NCBI GenBank assembly: GCA_964016885.1
Contig: OZ024746.1
Span: 85,498,001 to 85,562,000 of the forward strand
Length of the DNA: 64,000 nt
Direction of reading: 5' to 3'
Source: Eledone cirrhosa
Lineage: Eukaryota
Position numbers and translations under genes: made by a program. The notes under the pieces were generated by a model. The model was given only the letters and a program-made list of their open reading frames with translations. It ran no database searches and was not told the origin of the DNA. The first letter of the stretch is position 1. Each line of letters begins with the position of its first letter. This document shows positions 53,227 to 64,000 of the stretch, piece after piece.

Positions 53227-53915
53227 ATGTTAATATAAGGGTGTGAGTGTGTGTATACAGAGCAGTGAAGGGAAAAGTGGAGTGAGCATATATAGTCGGC
53301 CTGTATTAATTGTAAGAGATGTTAATGATCAAGCAAAAGCGATAGGAATCTAGGGGTGTGATAATGGACGGGGTATTAGAGAAATTGGAGAGGTGAGTTG
53401 AGTCCAAGAGGGGAATAGGACCCGAGGCGGTGAATCAGACTTTGTTCAGTACTGGTGCGCGAGGCCTGTGATCCATCATGTAAAAGGACACCCAGGACTG
53501 AAACATGTAGGGAAGAATGACCAGGAGAACAGAAATGACGCGCGACAGGAGTATCCAGACCGAGTCGTATGTCCCTCAAATGCTCACAAAACGGTTCGCC
53601 ATACGGTGTCCCATTTGTCCGATATATAAAGACCTGCAAAGGGAACACCGGAGGGCATAGATAACATGAGTGGATGTGTAGGTGAAAGAGTGGTGCATAC
53701 GGAAAGACCTGTTAGGACCTGTAAGAGTGGTGAGGGTCGAAATGAAGGGTTGCAGCGGGAACAAGGATGAGAGCCGGGTGGAGCCTTGGGAGAGGATGAG
53801 AAGGAACTGCAAAACAGGAGGTCGCGGAAGTTGCGGGCGCGCTTAGAAGCATAATGGGTGGGTTTGGAAAAAAGAAGTGACGGGGTCAGAAAAGATGATG
53901 CGGAAGGAATGGAGG
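53227..53915 (-). mobile_element. Penelope-like element: GIY-YIG endonuclease (frameshifted) and 3' UTR
   Basis: HSFTYTSTHVIYALRCSLCRSLYIGQMGHRMANRF / EHLRDIRLGLDTPVARHFCSPGHS..RTSTEQSLIHRLGSYSPLGLN, stop at 53376. VIY..CxxC..YIG plus the H..H and GLN motifs are typical of PLE endonucleases. Confidence 0.9.
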
Positions 53916-54399
53916 ATATGTCATTTATTTTAATAATGGGATGGTTGTTTAGTTGTTGATTGTCATCAAAGCTCTTTCGTCACACATTCTGTGACCTCCT
54001 GAGTGACTACTTTTATTATTTTGTGTCTCTCCTTTGTCTTACTCCATCTTGTTTTTGTCATATATATATATATATATATATATCTGTTGGTTAGATTGCG
54101 GTAAATGCTAGCATAAACCTTTGTGATTCAAAGGTGTAGAAAGTGTCTGTTGAAGGGATTGATAATAGCCTCTACTTGGTATCACCAGAGATTGCTGAGT
54201 ATTCATATAAAAAATGGAGGGTGAAATATCAGTTTAACAAATCTTTATTCTCATTACACGTTTCACTTACAAAATTAGCTGAAAATCATTGAGAATTACA
54301 TAGGTTATCATGTAATGATACATTTCTATTCTGAGATTATGGTTCAGATGCGTCTAAACAGTGAAAGTTCAACTCAGTTTCAGTGATTTGAGGTCAGCT

Positions 54400-54712
54400 C
54401 TCACAACCTTTGCCCAGGTCTTTTATGGTCTACCTTGACTGCAACTTAATTCCAATGGCATTTCCTGGCACTTCTTCACCCATCGATCATTGTCAATTCA
54501 CATCACATGCCCAAACCAATGCAGTCTTCTCTCATGCATATCACCTTGGATTCTTTTTAAACCCAACTTCTCCTTCAACTTGTCTAAGCTCTGCCTCTCT
54601 CACACCTACAATGCACATCCAATGGAACATGATTGCTTCATTTTTCTTCAGTCTCTGCATGTCCTCTGCCCCCACAGCCATGTTTCACTATCATGCAGCA
54701 TCACACTTAATC
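54400..54712 (-). mobile_element. RTE LINE 3' fragment
   Basis: Minus strand has VMLHDSETW..DMQRLKKNEAIMFHWMC. Confidence 0.75.
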
Positions 54713-55699
54713 ATTTTGTACGTAGGGAGAAACTTGCGTACAAAATATGTATGTGTGTGCGTGTGTGTGTATATATATATATATTATATTATATTATATA
54801 ATTGTTTCTACTTTTGGCGCAAGGCCAGCAATTACTCAGTGCATTACTGGTACTTTATTTTATCGACCCCGTAAGGATGAAAGGCAAAGTTAACCTCGGC
54901 GGGATTTTAACTCAGAATAATGTATTTGTACTGCAAAATGGAGAGACAAATTAACATTCTAGGCTCTAGTTCAGCTCATAAACATGCTCAACATGTTTCT
55001 ATTTCTACATCTGAAAGTTGCTATCACCACAGATGATTCCTAGCCAAAAAGTTTTACCATCTTTAGGGATGTATAGGGATTCATAGAATAGAGGAGGGAG
55101 GGAGAGGCAGCAAGTGAGAGAGAGCAGTAAAGTACACGTCAGAAGTAAGATTTTAATCTTACATAAGTTTGAAAGGAAAAGTATTATTAAGTCAGAGAAA
55201 AACAGTCAGTGTGTGGGTGTGCGCGCGTATATCTGTGTGCATTTCCATTTTCAGTAATATCAGATATTACAATATTATTATGTCTACATTTATGATTGAC
55301 AAAGGAATATACAGAAAGGTGAAGGTGATTTGAATAGAGATCATGGTTGGATATTGAATGATGTGTTATAAGGTCTGTGTATGTGTATATATATATATAT
55401 AGCTGGTTTAAAAACTAACATGAGATGTATTGTAAACATGTATTAGTGTGTGTGTATATATGTGTATATGTAAGTGTGTATGCATATGTATTTATGCTTG
55501 TTTTCAAAATTAAAAAAGCATGATGTGTGGCACCCTGTGTGTATTTAGTTCTAATGGTTTAACCCTTTTGATACCACCCTACCTAAACTGCCTCTGGCTC
55601 TATACAATAAAACCACTCATTTTAAAGCATTCCTATGTAAATTAAAATCTTTCAATATTATTTTATATTAGAACCCTGTTATGATACAAACACCATCTT

Positions 55700-55962
55700 A
55701 ATAATTGTTTCTACTTTTGGCACAAGGCCAGCAATTACCCAGTACATTACTGGTACTTTATTTTATCGACCCCGTAAGGATGAAAGGCAAAGTCAACCTC
55801 GGCGGGATTTGAACTCGGACCGTAAAGGGACATAACTATGCTGGAAAGCATGGCGTCCAACTCTCTACCGATACTGCCAATCTTAATAATTGTTTCTACT
55901 TTAGGCACAAGGCCAGCAATTACCCAGTTCATTATTGGTACTTTATTTTATCGACCCCGTAA
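55700..55962 (-). mobile_element. Nin-domain SINE plus a second truncated tail
   Basis: Same family as 14319. Confidence 0.85.
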
Positions 55963-56686
55963 TCTTAATAATGAAATAATTTTAGTAGATCTCTCCAAAT
56001 TCTTCATGAATCAATTCAAATACTTATTAGAAATATGGTAATGAAAGAGTTAAAAAAATATTCCATGAGTTGTAGCCTTGTGTGTGTATAATTCTGATGG
56101 TTAAAAAAATATGGGATGTGTTATAGCCCTCTGTGTATGTGTATTATGTTTCTGTATGTGTGTACATTTGATGATATTATAAACATATGGAGATATTTTA
56201 AACCAAAGTTATCTCATTATCTGAACCCATCTCCTAATTAACCTAATTTTCATATATTAGCCTTAGTTTGTTTATCATTGATATAATAATATTTATATAT
56301 ATTGATTGTTGTCGTTAGAGTTAGTGGAAGTGTTGATGAAAGTGGAGCCGTTTTTTAATGAATGTTAGTGTAAGTTAAGTGTATATGTGTGTATTCACTC
56401 TGGTAAAATGATTTAGAAGTTTGCTTGGCTATCATCAGGTACCAACTTGCATCCCATTCCTATCACCTTGGTCAAATGTCAACTGCCATAGCTATTTTTA
56501 GGTTGACCCAGTCTTTGTGAGTAAAATTGGGGAGATGGAAACTGCAGAATCTCACCATTAGATGGACTGTACCTGTAATTTAAAGGACAATGTCTTTTTA
56601 TACACTGCATTGTGCTGATTCTGTCTGAAGATTACATTAAGTGATATACTCAGCCATTTTCACTCATCATCATCATCATCATTTAA

Positions 56687-56894
56687 CCCTTTAGTATTTA
56701 AACCAGCCATATCTGGCCAGAATTCTCTCACCTTTTTCTGTTCAAACTGGCTGTAACCAGCTACTCACACTGATGTTAAGGTATTGTTCTCAAAATAAAC
56801 AATATCAAAATCTCATAGATACAATATTATGTGAGGTAATGCCTTTACCACAAAAATATAATAGTATATATAGAGTAATGTAAATACTAAAAGG
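56687..56894 (-). mobile_element. piggyBac-type MITE with intact TTAA duplication
   Basis: TTAA|ccctttagtattta ... taaatactaaaagg|TTAA; body is the reverse complement of the 18148 copy. Confidence 0.8.
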
Positions 56895-57319
56895 TTAACA
56901 TCTGCTCTCACTATATTTCTATATGAACAGTACCAGTAATTCAAAAGGTCAACTTTGTTACACACTTGTGTTATGTTGAATGTGTCTGAGGATTATATTA
57001 AGGATACAAGTATTTGTGGAATACTCAGCCACTTATGGTATAATTCAATGAATAGGTAGTTCTGGTAATCGAACAGTTAGAATATTCATTGTGGAAACTA
57101 ATAGATGATCCGTTTATTATTTTTTTCTTTAGTCCCATATAAATATTTGTTTCTGTAAGCATGTATACATTGTATTTGTGTTGTAGACTTAAAACTATCG
57201 AACCAACTGACAAGTGTTACATCTGATAACTAAATGAAAGACCCAGTCATTGCACCAGTGTCGGAAAAACCTCTTAAATGTAATGTTTTCATGGGTTCTT
57301 CAGTTATTCAAATTCACTT

Positions 57320-57612
57320 TTAATCCTTTAGCATTTACATTATTCTATATTTACTAGGGTGGTGGATTGGCAGTATCGGTAGAGCGTCAGACACCATGCT
57401 TTGCAGCATAGAGTTATGGTCCTTTATGTTCTGAGTTCAAATCCTGCCCAGGTTAACTTTGCCTTTCTTCCTTACGGGGTTGATAAAATATAGCACCAGT
57501 AATGATTTTGATATTATTTATTTCGAGAGCAATACCTTAACATCAGTATGAGTGGTCAGTTACAGCCAGTTTGAACAGAAAGAGGTGAGAGAGTTCTGGT
57601 CGGATATGGCTG
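57320..57612 (+). mobile_element. piggyBac-type MITE interrupted by a Nin SINE (about 57357-57503)
   Basis: MITE 5' end, then SINE body, then MITE sequence resumes at gattttgatattatt. Confidence 0.7.
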
Positions 57613-57719
57613 TGTTGTTCAGCTACTTTATGTGATATTTTATGATTTCATAGTAATTATAAGCAGTGTTTGTTTCTTTACTATTCTGAAGTGTTTACAC
57701 AGTATTTTGCTATTTTAAA

Positions 57720-58800
57720 ATGAAGTTATGATGTAATAATAAGAATAAAAAAGAACAGCCATGTTAGATAAGAGGAAATTAGTGAATTCAAGTGCTCAAG
57801 TTATCAAGAAATCACGTGAATTTTAGAAGATAAAATAGGAGTTATTCACCGATTGGAGATGATGGTTAGACTGGTTTTTATAGTAATATATATTTGCCTC
57901 CATCAAATGTATATACGTTTGTAAAGAATACAGAGAAAATTGCAAGGTTCATGCTGCAAACTCCCAGAATAAGTACAGTGCAAGTAAGTTATTCTCATGG
58001 CAACTTAGTGGAACAAATGGTGAAATTATTAACATCGTAGGTGGAAGACTTGAACTAGAAAATATTCCAAGATGCCATTTGTGATAAGGCGAAGTCTACT
58101 TTTGTTGAACTGAAGGAGAAAGAGGGTGAAGATGAAATATTTGCAGCCTATAAGGATTTGTTTTCAGGCTACAAGCATCCTACTAAGTGTTGTACTGTTA
58201 AGATAACTGGTGAAGCAGCAAGTGCAGATATCAAAGCAACTAAAACATTCCCTGCAGAATTCTAAGTCATTTTGCAGAATGGATCTTATTTCCAGTGTAG
58301 ATTAAACAAAGTGGTATTCAAAGAGAATGCCTTCAAGGACCATATTGAAAAAAAATATGCATTAGTATTTAAAGCTGCCAAGGATAGACTTACTCCCCTA
58401 TTAAGTGATAATGCTTCAGTAACTCTGAAATAAAAACCAATGTCAGTCTATCAAATTGTTTGTCTGCTAAAAGTAAGAATGTGTGGGTCACACTGAAATT
58501 GTTCTTAGACTGGTACATTGTTGTATGCAACTTTTACTCCCAAAGCTATTCTTCTGTTAGACAATGCTTCTGTCGATCCTCTAAAATCTTGGTGAAGTTC
58601 AAACAAAACTTAAAGTAAATGAAGTTTACATATCTCGAAACATAACATCCATTCTCTAGCCAATGAACCAAGGCATATTAGCTTTCAAAGCATACAAACT
58701 GTAAGAATTATTTTAAAATGGTCAATGTACTAGACACAAATCCTGATATGACTGTAAAAGATTACTGGTGGTCATTTCATATTTCAAATGTTTAGTGATT
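57720..58800 (+). mobile_element. Tigger/pogo (DDE_1) transposase fossil
   Basis: TGEAASAD, FKAAKDRLTPLLSDNAS, WVTLKLFLDW, AILLLDNAS, NITSIL*PMNQGI and AFKAY motifs, with many stops. Confidence 0.8.
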
Positions 58801-58824
58801 AATATTATTTACTCAATAAAGTGC

Positions 58825-59140
58825 GCAGCTCAGACATCAGAGAATCACTCCAGGCAGAGCCGCTACTTCTCTGAATTGAGAGATCACAGCTCTGATACTA
58901 TGGGCATGTGGTTAGAATGTCTCGGGAAAGAATTGCTGGACAGATTTTATAAGCAAAATCAACCGGCAGGAGACCTAGGGGTAGACCCTGAGCAAGATGG
59001 TTGGATAACATCCATGAGCTTGGCTGGTCTTGCTTGGTGATCCAGCCGGATTAGTTGGAGACAGTTGCTTCTAACAGGACCCACTGGAGGGAGTGTTTGA
59101 GGACCCTGCTCACAAGACTCTCTCAGAATAAGTGGGCAAA
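58825..59140 (+). mobile_element. RTE (Expander-like) 3' end
   Basis: SSDIRESLQAEPLLL*IERSQL*YYGHVVRM..GRRPRGRP*ARWLDNI. Confidence 0.8.
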
Positions 59141-59302
59141 GAAGTAGTTTAGTGATGCTATAAAAATTGCATTATCAATCTTAGTCAAAATCAATGTTGC
59201 ATATACAATTTATTTACAGTATGAGTTAGTAATTCAGGTAGTATTTTATTAGGTTATTATTTATTTATTATGTATATAAAAATGTCAAATTAATATTGTA
59301 TC

Positions 59303-59478
59303 GACCTCGACGGCTGAGCTCCGACCTTTTGACAGCTAGATCTAGCTGTCAAAACGGCCGGAGCTCAGCTGTCGGGGTCCTTACTCTTTTCCTATCACCC
59401 ACTCTACTACCTTAAGTATCGAGTACTCTGGTACGTTATGTATGGTCCACCTGGTTCCTTACCACACTTCCTTCATTA
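59303..59478 (+). mobile_element. Family-A element (diverged subfamily) with 5' fold-back
   Basis: Palindrome 59303-59379 centred at 59340/59341; tail homologous to 1222-1300. Confidence 0.65.
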
Positions 59479-59987
59479 TATATATATATAACCCATGCTA
59501 GCGTGGAAGAACGGACGTAAAACGGTGATGATGATGATGATGATGATATATATATAAAAAAATGTATATGTGTATCATCATCGGACATAAAGCAAGGATG
59601 ATGATATTGAGATACCTTTATCAGCTTATCTAACATTTCATCAATTTTTAATTTTTGCCTTCTACCTTCTTCAACTCTCCCCCTCTCTCACTCAAATTTT
59701 CTTTTTTTTTTATTCTCTAACTAGTTCTGTCATTTTTTCTCAACTCTGGTCTATCTCATTTAATTTGTCTATATATCTCTTACTCTTTCTCTCACCTCTA
59801 TCACTATTACCATTTACTTTTCATCAACTACAGCACCCCCACCCCCACCCCCACCCCCACCACCACCACAAGCAGTATTACCATCAGTACAATAGTATTT
59901 TACATCTATTTCATAACATGTGCAATCTCAACATTTACTCATTCTTCCATCTATTCCCAAATATACGTTTATATATGCAGAACCAGG

Positions 59988-59989
<2 letters not shown>

Positions 59990-60082
<93 letters not shown>
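59990..60082. repeat. (CT)n microsatellite
   Basis: Directly visible. Confidence 0.97.
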
Positions 60083-60086
<4 letters not shown>

Positions 60087-60703
60087 CTTAAATCTATTGG
60101 GTGTTATATGGGAGTATCTTAAAGATTAAGCATGATATTGTTAGGCCAAACAAGTGCTGTTAATTTCTTGTTATCTATGTTTAAATATCAATAAAGATGA
60201 AAGAGGAGAGCTTGTTACTATGGAAACTTTGACATTTTAAATCTTATCCCTTTTTATTTATTTATTTAATTCTATTTTTCATTTTTTTCTATTTTCATTG
60301 TTTTATCTTTTGTGTCATACACACACACAAACACAGGGTGTTCCCAAAATGTCTGAGCCTGTCTATGATCTAAAGTAAAAATAAAATAAGAAGTATTCAC
60401 TTCTTACCAACATGTTATTAATTCTTAACATCCTGTATTGACTTAGCAGAAAATATCTAAATATGGGTTTGTTAATTCAAATGTTGTGAAAATTTGTAGT
60501 ATTACAGACTTCAAATATCATATGTGATATAATCATAGTGTTGTTTTGTACTTTTCAAAAAAGTGGTTTTGATGTGATACAGTCACGGTGTTGTTTTGTA
60601 CTTTTGAAGAATGCCTTGCTAATGTGGTAGAGTTCATTAAGAGTTATGTATGTTGGGTGATTCGTGAAGATACAGTAAAGACAAAGTAGTGTGTCATGTC
60701 TTT

Positions 60704-61166
60704 TGGCAGTATCGGTAGAGAGTTGGACGCCATGGTTTCTAGCATAGTTACGTCTCTTTACGGTTTGAATTCAAATCCCGTCGAGGTTAACTTTGCCTTT
60801 CATCCTTACGGGGTCGATAAAATAAAGTACCAGTAATGTACTGGGTAATTGCTGGCCTTGTGCCAAAAGTAGAAACAATTAATTTATAAATTTCTATTTC
60901 AACACAATGAAGGACAATAAACTGTTGAACTGTTGAACTGAACTGAGCATATAATAATTGTTTCTAGTATAGGCACAAGGCCAGTAATTGGGGGAGGGGG
61001 GAGCAATTAAATCAACCTCAGTACGTTACTGGTACTTTATTTTATCGACCTCGTAAGGATGAAAGGCAAAGTTAACCTCAGCGAGATTTGAACTCAGACT
61101 GTAAAGGACCGTAACTCTATGCTGCAAAACATGGTATCAGACTCTCTACCGATACTGCTAATCCAC
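60704..61166. mobile_element. Two Nin SINEs in convergent, tail-to-tail orientation
   Basis: + copy at 60704-60880 and - copy at about 60955-61166. Confidence 0.85.
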
Positions 61167-62687
61167 CGAGCATATAATAATAATAACACTGAACATAATT
61201 CTGTGGCAACAGAAAGAATTGTTTTCTCCTCAAACTGCCAGACTGTACTTCGAACCTGTTGGATAGAATTGTGTACTCCTCAAATTGCAGAATTGCAGCC
61301 CACACATGGTCGTTGTGGACATTTATCTCATCTTTACCTTGACCCCAGCCTCTTGCAGAATTTCACTATTGAGTATGGTAGGGACCTTGTATAAATAATA
61401 TATTCAGTGGTTGACACACCACAGTCCCTTTCTGCATTTGGGATGCCACAATTTCAATTTTTAAGCCCTCTATTGTAACAACTATATATAAATACTTCCA
61501 GCCAATGAGATATCAGACGTAAGAACAAAATAAGTTTCAAAATTGGTTAAACATATAGAAAAAGAAAACAGCATTTATTCTCTACATTACTGATTCTCGT
61601 CCCTTCCTCTATCATTTACATTTTGCTTTGATGTATTTCACTATTTAACCCCTTATTGCTATGCAAAAGCATAAACTAAATTATCTCTATATAAAGCCCA
61701 TGTCACTTCTAAAATGCTATCTTTAAGATATGACCTCTTATATTACTTCTGACTCTAACATTATGTTAGTAAACTACAGCCCTTGAATGTCATTAAATAT
61801 GTGACATTGCAAAGGTTCTTTGTTTTCTCTATCAATCTTTGGTCAACCTCATGCTGTTATCTCATATTCTTATACTTCTAGTATTGTTTATTTTTGCTAT
61901 TCTAATTCATTCATTTGCATTATTTGGTTTCAAATTTCTGAACCTGCTGTGGCTTAGCAAAAGAAATCTTTTTTAAAGCAGTAGGAAATTTGGCTACTAT
62001 TTCTAGCAGGTAGAGTGACCACAGAGGCTTCCTTTTTTGCACATTACAGCAGAAGATTTAGGTTGGAGGTGGTGATTAATGTGGGGATAGAAGAAGTAGA
62101 CTCAGTATATGGCAGTGGTCTTTATTCTGTTCTGTTGGATCTGTAGTTCAAATTGTATTGTTACCAAGATTACTTTTCAGTTTTCCAGTTTCAGAAACTG
62201 TCAATAGCGTACTTGAAGATGTATATCGAATTTATGAGATTTTGATATCTATGTTAAGAACAATACCTTAACATCAGTATGAGTGGCCAGTTACAGCCGG
62301 TTAGAACAGAAAGAAGTGAGAGAATTCTGGCCGGATACGGCCGGTTTAAATGTTAGAGGTGTTAAGGAATTAAATAAAATATTGTTTACTGTAACTTTTG
62401 TCATTTTTGACGGGTACTATGCTAGTGTGTATATTTATATATATCATATGTATGTATATATTTATATATATCATATGTATGTATATATATATATATATAC
62501 ATGTATATATATATATATATAGAGGTAGATAAATATACACGGGTGTGTATGATTGTGTATAGAAGATTATATTAATAAGAGGAATTCCAACTTTGTCTGA
62601 TTTACTCGTTTTATTTACAATCCTTTAAAATTTATAATGGTATTATAATGAAATAGTATGATAGAATATTAAATGTTAAGTGTTAAT

Positions 62688-62726
62688 TGAACAAGTACTT
62701 TCATGCTTTCGCAATCTTCAGGTTCA
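62688..62726 (-). ncRNA. Mirror copy of the minimal hammerhead ribozyme
   Basis: Exact reverse complement of 62800-62838 in the left arm. Confidence 0.72.
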
Positions 62727-62799
62727 TAATATGTGGTGACAGTCAAGTTTGCAATTTTCAACTGTTGAAAATTGCAAACTTGACTGTCACCACACATTA

Positions 62800-62838
62800 T
62801 GAACCTGAAGATTGCGAAAGCATGAAAGTACTTGTTCA
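62800..62838 (+). ncRNA. Minimal type-I hammerhead ribozyme
   Basis: TGAAC [stem I] CTGAAGA t TGC gaaa GCA t [stem II] GAAA G ta C TT [minimal stem III, CUU site] GTTCA [stem I]. Confidence 0.72.
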
Positions 62839-62950
62839 ATTAACACTTAACATTTAATATTCTATCATACTATTTCATTATAATACCATTATAAATTTTA
62901 AAGGATTGTAAATAAAACGAGTAAATCAGACAAAGTTGGAATTCCTCTTA

Positions 62951-63012
<62 letters not shown>

Positions 63013-63616
63013 CAAAACAGAAAGTTAATGGGTTAGTTTAAGAGGAACGTGGCATGAGATGCAAAACTGGTGTACTTATCCTGCAGCTTGAGGGGGTGGG
63101 TAGGGACAGAATTGGGTTACATTTAAACCAATGGCAAAAGAGGAGAGGGTAGGAGGATCAGAAGATGTTGATGCTGTTAGAGTTGTGCTGTCACCCACAA
63201 CAGCTGTGTAGATGAGGGTAAAATGTTGAAAGTAGAGAAAGACTACTGCAGACATGGCACCAAATTATGACAGCATGATGGTACGGTAGGGTGCATGATT
63301 CAGTGGTGGTGGTGGGAGTGGCAGTGGCGGTGGTGGTGGGAGTGGCAGTGGTGGTGGCAGCAGTAGCAGTGGTGGTAATAGTGGTGAAGAAAAATAAAGA
63401 TTAATGATGGTAATGGTGATAATACACATTAATGTCTTGGTCTTAGACATGTGGATACATTTCTCATTTATTGTTTATGCTTTATGCTTATATATCTATA
63501 CATACATTTATGTATGTATAGATATATTTATGTCTCATATATATATATAATTATCATTTAACATCCTTTTTCTTTGCTGGTAGGGATTGGATATATATAT
63601 ATATATATATATATAT

Positions 63617-63920
63617 AGTAATAATAATAAATTTGAAGACTAAAATCCAAAGAGGGCTCGATAAGGATAAATATATATCAAATATATAAGAACCGTAGAG
63701 CAAATATTTATTAAAATAACAGATTAAAGTTTAAGCAAAGAATCGCTGCTTTCACCCTTAACGGGATCTTCTGAAACTAACAAAGTCAATCTGTAAACGC
63801 AGAACTGGATATTTCAAAAAACGTTGCAACCGGAGGAAGACAGGAAGACGATACTTTGGTTCGTGGAAACGTTCCCTGGCAAAGAACAGGAAAAAACGAA
63901 TATAATACGTCATTAATAGT
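63617..63920 (-). mobile_element. Penelope-like pLTR fragment, same family as 1833-2047
   Basis: Near-identical to the 1833-2047 pieces, CpG-rich and ending in (TA)n. Carries a variant core CAGAAGA t CCC gttaa GGG t GAAAG. Confidence 0.6.
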
Positions 63921-64000
63921 TTTTTACCCACAATGAATCTCGCAGACCCGCCCCTCCACCTGGTCTCTTGGATACAGCAAACATCAACCTCCTTACGTTC
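63921..64000 (-). mobile_element. RTE apurinic endonuclease N-terminal fragment
   Basis: Minus strand ERKEVDVCCIQETRWRGGSARFIVGKK contains the DxxxxQET motif of APE domains. Confidence 0.8.

Larger units (their letters stand above)
62568..62958. repeat. 391-bp near-perfect palindrome (195-bp arms, centre 62763); putative inverted Penelope pLTR pair
   Basis: Arms are reverse complements with one mismatch seen (62731 vs 62795); abuts (TA)n. Confidence 0.95.

Noticed and set aside
60560-60630. Candidate malectin exon 2 (FDV codons); also MFDV at about 41626
   Set aside because: No suitable acceptor or downstream malectin similarity (LN..LDIF..VG..AHDE). The 60540-60630 segment resembles a repeat also seen near 10980.

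Overview
Eukaryotic, AT-rich, repeat-dense animal DNA. The (TA/TG)n microsatellite load, RTE LINEs and Nin- and CORE-type tRNA SINEs suggest an octopus or other coleoid cephalopod (inference). Only one host gene is supportable: the first coding exon of malectin (+ strand, donor at 23500/23501), in a CpG-retaining promoter zone and followed by an intron of at least 40 kb with no exon 2 visible. The rest is mostly fossil mobile DNA: RTE, Tx1/L1-like and CRE-like LINE fragments, mariner, Tigger/pogo and hAT relics, piggyBac-type TTAA MITEs, several SINE families and a Penelope-like GIY-YIG endonuclease fragment. The most notable signal is a set of short Penelope-like terminal (pLTR) sequences next to microsatellites. 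Several carry minimal type-I hammerhead ribozyme cores (clearest at 25337-25374 and 62688-62838), and several form long fold-back palindromes of up to about 390 bp. One family always folds back at the same position, just before a reconstructed GAAAC, which may be the ribozyme stem II. Most ORFs in the supplied track are microsatellite artefacts. All calls come from reading the sequence by eye; no searches were run.
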